DNA from: Balanoglossus misakiensis
Taxonomy: Eukaryota; Animalia; Hemichordata
Direction: 5' to 3'
Assembly (NCBI GenBank): GCA_040954595.2
Contig: CM082596.2
Location: forward strand, 248,001-312,000
DNA length: 64,000 bases
Positions 41,425-53,180 of the stretch are shown piece by piece (position 1 is the stretch's first letter; each line of letters starts with the position of its first letter). Made by a program: the position numbers and the translations under genes. The notes below the pieces were generated by a model. It was not told where the DNA came from. It saw only the letters and a program-made list of their open reading frames with translations, and searched no databases.

Positions 41425-44400
41425 GATATCATGTATTCGTAAATTTCCTTCAATGTTTGGATAATTATTTTATAATTGTATAAAATGACCACAGCCTAGT
41501 CTTGATTGCTTTGAAAAGTATAGTTGGTGTTAATTGCAACAGTATGGCACTTATTAATACTGAGATGAAGTTCCTGAAAGGGCACACACTCACGCTATCT
41601 CTGCGTGTTAAGAATGTTCTGACCAAGCCAAGTCATATGATAAATTATCTTGTCCTGATCGCAGTAATTTTAATATATCTGAGATAATCAAGTTGTTATT
41701 TGTATCTTTCTCATATATCATTTGTGAAATATTATCAGGCATTAATCACAAGACCAGCACAATTGTGCACATAATTAATTGTGCAAACAAAGAATTTAAT
41801 CAAAAATAGTTTAATTAGTCTGCATACTGTGAATGTCAAAACATGTCATATATCATCCGAATCCTCAACACTTTGTGCATTTCAATACATGATAGATATG
41901 TTGTAACTTTCGCATGAATATTTATCATATCAATTAATTTACATGCCATTGGCAACTTCATGACATGCATATATACAATGTATGTGTATAAGGTTTGCAC
42001 ATATATTTGAGTAATGGCCAGCTGATTTTTTTCTGACTGATTTTTTAAAAAGCCATAACGCCACAGCAGATGGGTCAATGAAGTTGACACCAGAATAAAT
42101 GGTATCGGTGAAAGGATTCCGACAGTTGTGATAACCTTTGCACGTACCCATTTATAAAACGTAGGGAAAACCGTTCAGTGTTGTCATATTGTGTTCAAAA
42201 ATAACTCGCCGATTGAACCGAAGTAATGCACTGATTAAAGAGATTTGCGTATCGAAGCAAAGAGCTGACAAAGTGATGACGTCAGAATACTGTCCGTGCC
42301 ATGATCTATAGCCGTAGTGTGTTCTGATAAACTGTAATACATCTATCATTGTTTCAAAATGTCAAAGCCGCATTATGAACAATAACCAAAATTAAAGTAA
42401 ATTAATATGGCATAATTAATGTTTTATGATGTGCACAAGAAACATATTAAATGCACAGGAAAGTAATAAGACGGTTATCATTTTAGGTTGCTCTTGTCAG
42501 TGATTGACTTTGAGACTTAATGTCATAGAGAAAATTCCAGTGAAAGTTTTTAAGACATGGTTCTGGCAAACTGGTCTCACCCACTGGATGTTTGGCCCCG
42601 GCAGACTGCAGTACATTCCGCAATAGATTTTTGCGCATTGCGAGATAAATGCCTGTCAAATGTAGTATCACTGAGCCTTAAGTGGGAATTACAGTTGAAG
42701 TCTGGACCTCACTCCACACTACACTTCAATGTTACATTTACTTGAACAATTACCATAACTTTCTGTAAAATGCAACGTCATGTACATTTCCTAATATGTA
42801 TACTCTATGCATAACACTCAAAGAATGATTCAAACGGGATCTGTTTCCGTATTTCCGAGACTTTTTGTAATGAGATCAAGTCTCAGGTCCGACATGTCGA
42901 TTTACATAGTGCGACTTACCAGTAGGCGATTTCCGTTTGACATATGCGTTTTTCAGGCTGAAATTCGGGCGCTTTCTCAATCTATCACCATTTCTCTACT
43001 GTGCAGGATAAATGTAGCAATTAAGACTTCGGGGGAATTGATATCTACAGGTGCTGACATTTGGGAGGAACTATTATTTAAATGGGGTGCCCAGGTTGTC
43101 CATAAATGTCTGGTGCCAGTTAGATGGGCAATTTCAAGCAACAGCTTCATGCAAAGAACCCATGGATTATGGGATAGGTGAAGCTCACTTGCTAATTGAT
43201 TGGTTTGGAAACCCTGCTACTGTTTGTCAGTTAATAGCGCCAGGACACGCTCACTGGCAATTATTCATCTTCATCGGTATTCTTTTGGAAGCTCTGCAAC
43301 GATCTGTCTTGCAGTGGCACTGTTTGCTGACCATCATCAAGATCACATCCCGATTTCTTGTCTGTTTTCGACTGATAAGTGCCTGTGCCAAATAGCCACT
43401 GCATTTTCACTTTAATTGGGCGCGGAGATATTAAGTGTTGCAACCGCTTAAGGATTTTCTCTTTTACTTGAAGATCCGTAGACAACAGACTACCTAACGA
43501 CGTTTCTAAGTATAGATCAACCATTTAATGTTCTGAGCTCTGCTTTTGCGAGATAAGGGAGCCAGGTTATACAAAATCGCTAACTGCACAGCATATATTA
43601 AGGGCAGATTAGGTACACTGTGATAAAATGAACAACTACCTTAGTAGCCTGGCCTATATGTTTGTGTAAGGACCTGATTGGCTGGAAATCACAGAATTTC
43701 AGTAATGAAGCAAATCTTGTCACACGAGATATAGTTTAGAAATTGAGAAAGACAGGACATGGTCTCATTTCAAATAGCCATATCTGACCAGTTGTTATAC
43801 ATAGAAAGTTGTAATATGATGTATATAGGACATAGTTTGGCTGATAAGTGACATAGTTTGGCCATAAATATAGATAAAGGCGGTCATTCCCGACCGTGCC
43901 TTTCTTCACAAGGAAGTCATAGAACATGACTTACATGTACCTTGACACATAAAATATCATTTCCTTGCCCAGAGAGCTTTTCACATATTTATATCAAAGG
44001 TTGTAAATGCTGTTGAATTTCATATATGAAGGAAGTACACTCATTAAAAAAAGATTTGTCTATCTTTATCTGTGATGGTGAAGCTTCCTATCAGTTGACC
44101 GGTATCACTGTCTGTCATCATGAACCACCCGTTCCAATTTGAGGAGCATTTGCAAATGGTCATTATTGCCAATTTTGTGCTTCAGAAGACTGTCGCACAC
44201 ATGATTACCTTAACAAGGGCTTGTTGGTATATATTTGCCGATTCCAAGTTTTACGATATGCACGATAATACTCATACAGTTGCATGTTAAGGGTAACGCG
44301 TATCATTTTAAAACAGGTTCGATTGACAATATTTTACTTTCTTCTTATCTATTCAAAGACAATAAGCTTACCTCAAATCATCTGACATTTTGCCCACAAA

Positions 44401-47400
44401 TCCTCAATTATATTTTGCATTGCAAGAGATAAACAGAGCAAGTACTGAAAATGTGGACACCTTCAGGGCAAACAGTTCTAGTTACTGTACCTTTGCTATT
44501 CCAAGACTTAAGAGTGGCATTTAAATTAACCTATGTCAACCACTCATTAAGGCCAGTCACGTACGTTTCATTTGACGGCAAAATTCTCAATCGTAATAAC
44601 TTATTAAGCAAACAGATACAAGCAAACGAAATATTGTACCTAATTGCTTCTGTGTTGCTAGTTCGTTTCTAAATTCGACCAAAAATAATGAGTTCAATAA
44701 TTCTTCAGTACAGAAAACGTGTGAATTGCCTGACGGTACATCTCTAGCCAGAATGTTCTGTAAACAAAATTGCTTCAATTTCCAAAACATTGAAAGCAAA
44801 ATTGGGCTTATTAATCAAGTTTGACACAGAAACCTGAATCTGATGTTATCCTGTCTCCCAAGGAAGGAAACTGTTAATTATATATTTTTTGCATTGTATA
44901 TGTATTTTCAGGAAATCACTCTTTCCGTCTCTCACGAGAGTTGTCGTAAATCATAGAAAGGTTCAATGTGTTGCCGTCTGATTTGCAGCACACTCCAAGG
45001 GTATAAATCAATTTCACACCATTTACCAAGAGTTGAAACTTACATAAATTAGCATCAAATACCCACAAGGTTCTTGAAACAGAATGCTTCCATAAAACCA
45101 GTCATCCATAATAGTAACTTTGGTGGCGAAGCAAAAACCTCACTGTAACCTATGTCCATGCTATATATGTTTATGTTTTTGAAAACTACTGCATAACATT
45201 TGCTCCACGGAAATAACCACATGAATTGAATATTCATCACACATTAATGATAACGTCTACACTTTCCAGGTAATCCAGAGCAATAAGGGGAATGTTCACT
45301 TTTAATTATCACTCAAGCGTGATGCCTTTCTGCTACATATTCTTTTCGACTTTGATTCCAAATGGTACACTACAATTACTGAGAATTGTGTGTGACATGT
45401 TTGCAGTGTTTGACATTGCCTAAAGGAAACTACCCCAGTAAACAAATAGTCTTTGACTGCGATGGCGTACATATCACTCAGTTTCATGCAGTTTTGTCGT
45501 TTGAACTTTGACATATTTACATCTTATCGGTTAAGCAAAGGCAAAAGAAATGTAGGCCAGGCTAAAGTGTATTGCCCGAGTTTGTTCACTTTCCTGAATT
45601 ACCATTGGGAATAAGACACGTTTTAGCAGAGAGAACATGGTTTGCTTTAGTTCAATGTCTTCCATAGTGACAGTTTACATTAGAAACTGACAAGACATAT
45701 AGTAACAAATGAAGGAACTTCTGCTAACGCCTCATCCATCACGATTCATATTGTGGATTTAATATAAGCCTTCTGGTGAGTAAACATTGTGTACTACCTC
45801 AAAAGTGCAATACAGAGTGAGAAAATTCTTCATATAAGATGTCTGGCTCATGACTGTCTTGAAATGCATGAAGAGGTGTAAGTTTATTCAGGAGTTGCTT
45901 TTCTCAAGTATCTCATAAAGTACACTTATAAATGGTGAGATAGAAATTTGTGGCTCTTTCCTAATCTTCATTAACTAAACGTATTATTATTCATATGTCC
46001 CTTCGTTTAGGTAAATCCATCATACATCCATTCATTGATCTATAAGAGCACATTTGTCCGAAATTCGATACTGCTATGGGGTTCTGCAAAAATATCATGT
46101 CATTTTAATTCTACCAAATTAAGAGTGAAATATGAAAGTGGGATGACGTTACGGCACTTGATGCACCTTTTAAATTTATCTGACCTTATGCTCCAAGGAT
46201 GGCGATATTTGTTTAAGGTGGTCCTACATAATATAGATAACTGGAAGATCATTCACTAAAATAGAATTGCCGATGCCTCACTCTGCTTCACTTCTCAGAT
46301 CAAAAATAGATCATTTCTGATCACTTTGGGTCGATTCCACTAATTAACAACTCCCTCTTCGCTCAATTTGGCTTTAAGCATCTGATCTCATGTGACCATT
46401 CCATTATATGAACATGTTCACCAAAGCAAGACTGCTTGTGTTTAGTTACCATCAACCATTCTGCTGAGTAATATGACTTGATATCAAAATTAAGATGCTT
46501 CAAGGACGGTGTCTTTTCTATTTTTCCTTGCTCTCCTACCAATAAATCGATTACTTTACGGCCTCAACATAGAAGCACATAAACAGATGGCGCTAAAAAG
46601 TATCAACGTAACGTTTCACACTACGCTTGAAATGCTTTGAATGAGGAACTCTAATCCCACATCTACAAGTACACACTTATTTCAATCAGACTGTCACTTC
46701 TTAAAGGAGTAAGAGTTTGGTAGAAACAGCTGTCCTTGAAATATAATTGACCGAAATTGTAATTGGATAGACTGCTAAGCTTAGTGCTTGACCCAAATTT
46801 AAGAAAACAGGATTGTTATAAATAAATTGATCTTGCGAATCACAAAAACAACACTTTATAGACTTAGCACGGTCCACCCGTAGTATGCTTAGTGCTTTGA
46901 AAATAACACTTTCCTAACTATATACAGTAGTTACTATTATAATGACAAGTTTAGAGGTTTAAAGAATTATGTACGCCTTGAACATCTACAGGGGCAAATC
47001 AAGATGACTTTGTTTCACAAATCACAGAAACGTTATCGAAGAAGCGAAATAGTTTAGCCATTAAATTACTGTACAAGGATTATTATTGTCACTACCACCA
47101 CGTCGCTATCCTCTCATCTTTTATACATAGTTCGAATAAAACCTAAGTATCAGGTATTGACAACAGAGTTGAATTTCAAATTAATATTGGCACAACCGGA
47201 AAAAAATATCCAATTATTTCAGGGTGAGATTAGGCATAGAAGTGGTATAATTATGTCAAAGATAAAACTGAAACTGTACTCAAGTTGCGAGAGAGGAAGT
47301 AAAACAGTGTTCACTGTCCTCATTAATCATCCTTAATATGTTTCAGACTTGACACTAGACACATGAATTTGACCTTGACAAAACAACCTGGGTAAGCCTA

Positions 47401-47612
47401 GGTTATGACATACCCCCTGTGGTATGGTTCAAACAAATTAGCTTTGAATTCGATATCCTAGTCAATCAACTGGCATTTGCACTTATAATTGCTGTTTGTG
47501 GTAGTCATGTTAGAAAATCGGCAAATCAGTTATTATAGGAACCAGCCCTTTCGAACGTAGTCCAGAATCTAGCATTCGTGTTGAGCAAGACCTATGCTCA
47601 TTAATGCAGCCT

Positions 47613-47767
47613 TAGACTCTGTCACAGCCCACGGTTCGCTACAAGGCTCTTCACTGACGCGCCCTCAACCGTTTAGCACAGGAGAAGCCACATATAGTGT
47701 TGCGGGCACACATGCAATCAAACCATTTAGCCTGCATGGACGGCGAGAGGGGCTGTGAGAGAGTCTA
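47613..47767. mobile_element. 155-bp MITE with 18-bp TIRs (TAG...CTA) and 9-bp TSD
   Basis: TIRs tagactctgtcacagccc / gggctgtgagagagtcta (17/18 complementary). Direct repeat atgcagcct at 47604-47612 and 47768-47776. Absent from copy 2 of the duplication. Confidence 0.9.
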
Positions 47768-47779
47768 ATGCAGCCTATA

Positions 47780-48039
47780 CGCCTTTCTCATAAAGAGGGC
47801 ACCCTTCCAACACATGGCGTCACCAAGCAGACGACGTGAAAATGAGGGCAGCAGATCACAGAGTATTGCTCAAGCTCGTCTGATTTGTTGTATATATAAT
47901 ACAAGTTGCAATAAAATGTTGTTGAACGTCGGTCCAAACTATAGGGACGATACACAAGACGAGAAAGTTTTTACTCTGTGACCTACTGGCCTCGTTTTTA
48001 CGTCGTCTATAGGAAGGGCGCCCTTTTATGAAAAAGGCG
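47780..48039. mobile_element. ~260-bp MITE with long imperfect TIRs and apparent TA TSD (copy 1)
   Basis: Left arm ta|cgcctttctcataaagagggcacccttcc...agacgacgtgaaaatgagggcagcagatcacagagta pairs with right arm tactctgtgacctactggcctcgtttttacgtcgtct...ggaagggcgcccttttatgaaaaaggcg|ta. Confidence 0.8.
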
Positions 48040-48414
48040 TATCAATAGAAGGAATACATAGAATCTTACCGTGGTTTTTCTGTGGATCAAATCTTCTCCT
48101 TGTATGAGGTGAGGCTTGGACAAACTTCATTGAAAGCATGGACGCTTGTTGACTGGATTTGGTGACAGTTTGAGGCAGGGTCCGACGCAGTATACGTGAC
48201 TGTGCTTGTTGTGTGTTCTTTTACGAGTTGTGCAGGTCTCCAAAAGTCGTGAAAAACGCGGCTACGTAAGATTCACGTCACCCAGAGGTCACGGAAGTGC
48301 TCTCGTAGCACAGTTTTTGTTTCTTTTCTTCCTCCTTTATCGCAAATCAGTTATTATAGGAACCAGCCTCTTCGAATGTAGTCCAACTCTAGCATTCGTG
48401 TTGTGCAGCCTATA

Positions 48415-48674
48415 CGCTTTTATCATAAAGAGGGCACCCTTCCAACACATGGCGTCACCAAGCAGACGACGTGAAAACGAAGGCAGCAGGTCTCAGAGTA
48501 CTGCTCAAGCTCGTCTGATTTGTTGTATATATGATACAAGTTACAATAAAATGTTGTTGAACGTCGGTCCCAACTATAGGGACGATACACAAGACGAGAA
48601 AGTTTTTACTCTGTGACCTACTGGCCTTGTTTTCATGTCGTCTAGGAAGGGGGCCCTCTTTATAAAAAAAGGCG
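48415..48674. mobile_element. Second copy of the ~260-bp long-TIR MITE (within duplicated unit)
   Basis: Colinear with 47780-48039 and has the same inverted arms. The right flank reads CA rather than TA. Confidence 0.75.
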
Positions 48675-49644
48675 CATCAATAGAAGGAATATATAGAATC
48701 TTACCGGGGTTTTCCTGTGGATCAAATCTTCTCCTTTTATGGGGTGAGGCTTGGACAAACTTCATTGAAACCACAGATTACGGATTTGGTGACAGTTTGA
48801 GGCAGGGTCTGACACAGTTGTGCAGGTCTCCAAAATTCTTGAAAGACGTGGCTACGTACAATTCACCCAGAGTTCGTGGAAGTGCCCTCGTAGCTCAGTT
48901 CTTGTTGTTTCTTTATTTCCTCCTTTGTAAAAGAAATTCACAGCAACAGACATTTTACTGGTAAAGGTGATCTACTCAAAATGTTGAATGTTATCGTTTT
49001 CCTGACTTTTATATGTAAAAGTATTGTATATTAATGAATTTTAAATACAAAAATAAAGAGAAAACAGTGTTGCCATTCTCCTTTTCTTGCACTCCTCATG
49101 CTTTAGTTTTTCTTTTGGTGAAAATATCTGAACAGCTCTAACAAAAATGGGGACATATTGTTTTCTTTATATCATTTAATAATACTCCTCTTTTGGCACT
49201 GTTTATGAAGATGTCAAGAAAATAACAATACACTGTTTCCTCAAAATTCTACATGTAAGGCTACGGAATGTGATAAGCATGCATTGCATCTGGGTAGTAC
49301 TTAGGAGTGCAGGAGCCCTCAACGGTGAGCTGCGATCGTTGTTTTTGAGGGCGAACTCATTGGCGGCCGTCGATGGCTTGCCAAATTGCTCACCTTGTCT
49401 TCTCTAATATCAGGCTAAAGTCAGTGGAGTCCAGAGCCTGTGGCTCATTCCTACATATATGGCAGTCCTATATGAAAACTTTAGACTGTACGATGAAAGT
49501 GAAACGTAGTCTGGTCGAACCCTATATTGCTAGTTGTCGGGAGCTTTGACGACTTCGTTGAATTTAGTTCTGGGCGTGGCGGGGCTGTGTGTCTCTTACG
49601 GCCACCGTACACGTGGCCTCAACATTACATATAAACCAAGCAAA

Positions 49645-49880
49645 TATATTAGAACCTTACGGTGGTTTTCCTTCGGATTTGGTCTCCTTCTTGTATGGGT
49701 TGAGGCTTGGTCAAACTTCTTTGAAGGCACAGACGCTTGTTGACCGGATTTTGTGGTAATTTGAGGCATGGTCGCGTCTGCGCTGGTCATGCACGTGCAC
49801 GTGCGTTGTTACCAGCTGTTTCAGGTCAGGCAAGAGGTCATCAATGAGGACACGTAACCAGGGTCACCTGAGGTCATGGA
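49645..49880. repeat. Third, more diverged copy of the 3' part of the duplicated unit
   Basis: agaaccttacggtggttttcc...gaggcttggtcaaacttc...gacgcttgttgaccggattt...ttgaggca...gtcacctgaggtcatgga aligns by eye to 48060-48295. Confidence 0.85.
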
Positions 49881-50340
49881 CCTAGAACAGCGCAGCCAGC
49901 GGCTGAAATGTGACAGGGGCCAGATTACGTGGACAGGGGCCAGATGACGTAGCTGTTTTTTTATAAGCACAGTCCCTGCCCGGAATAACACTATCAAATT
50001 GTTTTATTACAAATATTCCTGTTTATATTGACTGGTTGAGCAGCGTAAAGGCTAGGACTGAGGCGAATATGTATTTTGTGGTGCTGGAGCCCTCAACCGT
50101 GGGGTTGACCTCGAGTCTACCGCTGGCTGCGCTGTGCGTTCTTTTATCACAGATCAGCCGCCAGGGGCCAAACTACGCCAATCTTTGTATTACCTCTATG
50201 GTGAAAAGTTAGACCAGTGAGTTTTGTGGAAACAAAAATATGTGAACACCTAGTTTTCTTCTGTTCAAGTTTTCAAAGAGTGTTTACACTCTAGAAAAAG
50301 TAAAATAACTGCAGTATAGGAGTTACTCAGCTCCTCATGG

Positions 50341-50408
50341 AAAGTACAGAAAGCAAAAAATAAAAGACACAACGCACCTGACCTCTTTTGAAACCAATGC
50401 AGTTTATT
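50341..50408 (-). terminator. Polyadenylation signal with downstream GU/U-rich element
   Basis: AATAAA at 50408-50403 (minus), followed ~25 nt later by gtgcgttgtgtcttttattttttgctttctgtacttt. Confidence 0.6.
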
Positions 50409-52852
50409 TCACCAGTAATGTTAATAATTTTGAAAGAAAGATGATTAACAATTTATTAGCATTAAATACAAACATCAGAATATTGTTTTATTGACACAAA
50501 ATGGTCTCCATATATGTCTAGATCTACTTTTCAGGACAAATTCAAAGATGTCATACACCCTGCCAAATCAAATGTTTATACATTAGATATCATTTTAAGA
50601 TGATATTCTAAATCAATGTTCAGGATATGCAAACATGAATGATCATTTGAAATTGTTTATCCAGTGTCAACAGTGAACGCTTGTCATGCATAATTATTGA
50701 AGCATTGTCTAACTACACCAAATCTATGTCACACATTTCATAGAAAAAGAACACAACAAGAGACCCAGGATATTTATAATGTCATTCAAATGGTTCAATA
50801 TGTATTTTACACATCAAATATCATCTTAGGGTTATATACACATGAGGATAAACATGTGTTTCAAAATGTAACTAATTAAGAAAAATAGTGCATTGGAAAA
50901 CAATATAATACTAGTTTGATAATTTTGCTGCATTAAATATCGAAACTGTTTCTATTTACTTAATCGTTACAATACTTTTTTTGGAGCTGAGAAAATAGAT
51001 GTTTTGGAGAAGATTAAGCTTATGTCAGTATGTGAAAGTTATGACATATTAAAATGCACTTACTCGTAATTTCACATGCGAACTTTCAGTGATTGACGTC
51101 AAACAGAATTTGCATCAATTACGAAATGTTGAAACATAACAATCCAGTTCTAATGACTGACTATGGATATAGTTTATGTTCTTATCAAATTCAGCACAAC
51201 GTGAACTTTTATATGCAACAGTAGCAACACAGTGAATGTGGCTGTCTCATTTACATAATATTACATTTATGTTAGATTTCAAGAGGTAAGTTTTACACTG
51301 AATATGGGATTTACCTTACAACACAAGAACCCCTTACATTTTCCAACAATGAACACTTACAGCTTAAAGTACAATTGCTTTGTAGCTGGAACTCCGAGGT
51401 CAAACTGCAAGCAAACACAGCCTTCTGCATATTAATATTAATATGAATATGATAAAATACACTGAGTTAATTCCATTTTCTCCGTAGAGGTAAATGCATT
51501 ATTTGTTATATTTTATTAAAAGTAATATAAATTAACATATGCAAAGCAAGATTACAATGTCAACAATTGTTCATTTCATAAACTTATTATCAATTAGGAG
51601 AAATTAACCATAGCAAGTATACATGCTGTATTTTGCATGTGTGTCAACCTAACTATACTGATTGTATTAATTGTACATAATTGTTAGCTATATTTCACAT
51701 ACATCATATATATATATAATTGTACAGATAGTAAAGTCATCTGTTTAAAACCATTTAACAGCAACACGTCGTGCACTGTATAACAAAAAATCAGTTACTT
51801 TTATAACAATGGCAATCATTTCTTTCTGCAAAATCGCTTCTTACGTACGCTACCAAGATGAAGAGCGTATCGAACCAAATCCACATCTTATGAGCTTTCA
51901 ATATATAATCCAGACCCTATGGACATATTAAATCAATAACTTTCTGTGTACATATGACAGTATTGAGTATATATCAATGAAAAAGACAGTTAAAAATTTA
52001 CTCTTTCCAAAATTTCCCTTGGCGATAGGTTTCCTCCACACATCTATTCAATGCTTTTATTATTTTAAATATGTGGTCCACATAAAACATGAGAACTTTC
52101 CGTGCGCAATCAAACACAATTGGAGACATAAAATAATTGATTGATGATGTCACCACAAGTTCATAATCAGAGCATCAAGTGCTGCTATGAAACTCCAACT
52201 TCGCCAATGTGTGCCATGACATAACTTGATGACGGTGTACGCAAGCGGACGTTACGATACATGACGACATTGATATCGTGTACGGAAAGTAGTTCACGTC
52301 AGTGTGAATCATGGACAGTTTGCGTGAGTAACCATACAAGCATGATCAGAGAGCAGCAGAATCGGTTTAACAACCTAACAACATTGCACCAGCACAAATA
52401 TATGGACAAGGCAACAAAGTGAGGCTTCAAATAATGACAGAAAGTGCACAAATATGATGTAATTGAAGTGTGGACAAATATAGCACAACGCCATAGCCAA
52501 GTTTTATAAATTTAATGTAGGCCCGATCTTCCATTGGTGGAATTAGTGCTTATTTGTGTCTGAAAAGACAATATATCATGTAACGTAGGTTGGCAACGCT
52601 TATGTACTAATATTGGTCTCTAAGGACATTATCACACACAACTGTGTCGTCGGCCATTGTCCCATCTGGCTAACCTGGTGCTATTTTGTGTTGGTGGAAT
52701 TAGTGTGGTCATTAAAGACTACTGATCTCTGTTTGAATAAGCGTACAAGTACAGGGAATGTGTCAACCTCATCAGTTGTGGACAAACTCCCTGTAAATGT
52801 ATTCTGTTCATGCGCTTGTGTGTTGCTCACTGTAAAACTGTTTGTCTATGCT
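50385..52852 (-). other. Probable long AT-rich 3'UTR of the receptor (~2.45 kb)
   Basis: AT-rich stretch with no recognisable coding sequence, running from the stop codon to a well-formed polyadenylation signal. Several more proximal AATAAA also exist. Confidence 0.5.
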
Positions 52853-53060
52853 TCACACTGAAGTGCAGACTCCCTCCAACACTTCCTTATTCCGGATTTG
52901 GTTGTACTCGTTTTTGGTCGACATTTGAATAGGTGATTCGGACATGCTCACGTCTGTGTAGTGTGTATCCCGGTAAGTGGTGGATCTGCCAAAACCACGT
53001 GGTTTCCACTCTTCACAGCATGGCAGTTTCGCAGCAATCCAGTTGATTGCTGGGATACGT
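52853..53060 (-). CDS. NPSR1: NPS/CCAP-type receptor terminal coding exon 8 (C-tail)
   Basis: cctgttacag|(R)RIPAINWIAAKLPCCEEWKPRGFGRSTTYRDTHYTDVSMSESPIQ...LEGVCTSV*. Phase 2 matches exon 7. Di-Cys palmitoylation-like site, Ser/Thr-rich tail and terminal TSV. Confidence 0.85.
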
Positions 53061-53180
53061 CTGTAACAGGTCAGTACACATTGCATCAGATGCTTTGATG
53101 GCATACCATATAAGGTGAATCTATTGTACAGTCCAATTTCTCATATCATACGTGTAGTTGGAATTGCTTTAGACTTAAAA

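Larger units (their letters stand above)
47521..48926. repeat. Tandem duplication: copy 1 47521-48338, copy 2 48342-48926
   Basis: Both copies begin gcaaatcagttattataggaaccagcc and end cctccttt and are colinear and highly similar. Copy 2 has several internal deletions relative to copy 1. Confidence 0.95.

Noticed and set aside
43261-43382. Alternative C-terminal exon of the receptor (NPSR1-B-like)
   Set aside because: The long frame is phase 1 whereas exon 7 ends in phase 2. The phase-2 frame gives only ~13 aa, and the exon lies beyond the polyA signal.
48206-48964. Plus-strand ORFs of 136 and 109 aa in the duplicated region
   Set aside because: They run through MITE sequence, are not preserved between copies, and show no domain.
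47521-49950. Repeats as a CRISPR-like array
   Set aside because: Eukaryotic context, no regular repeat-spacer period, no cas genes. Explained by duplication and MITEs.
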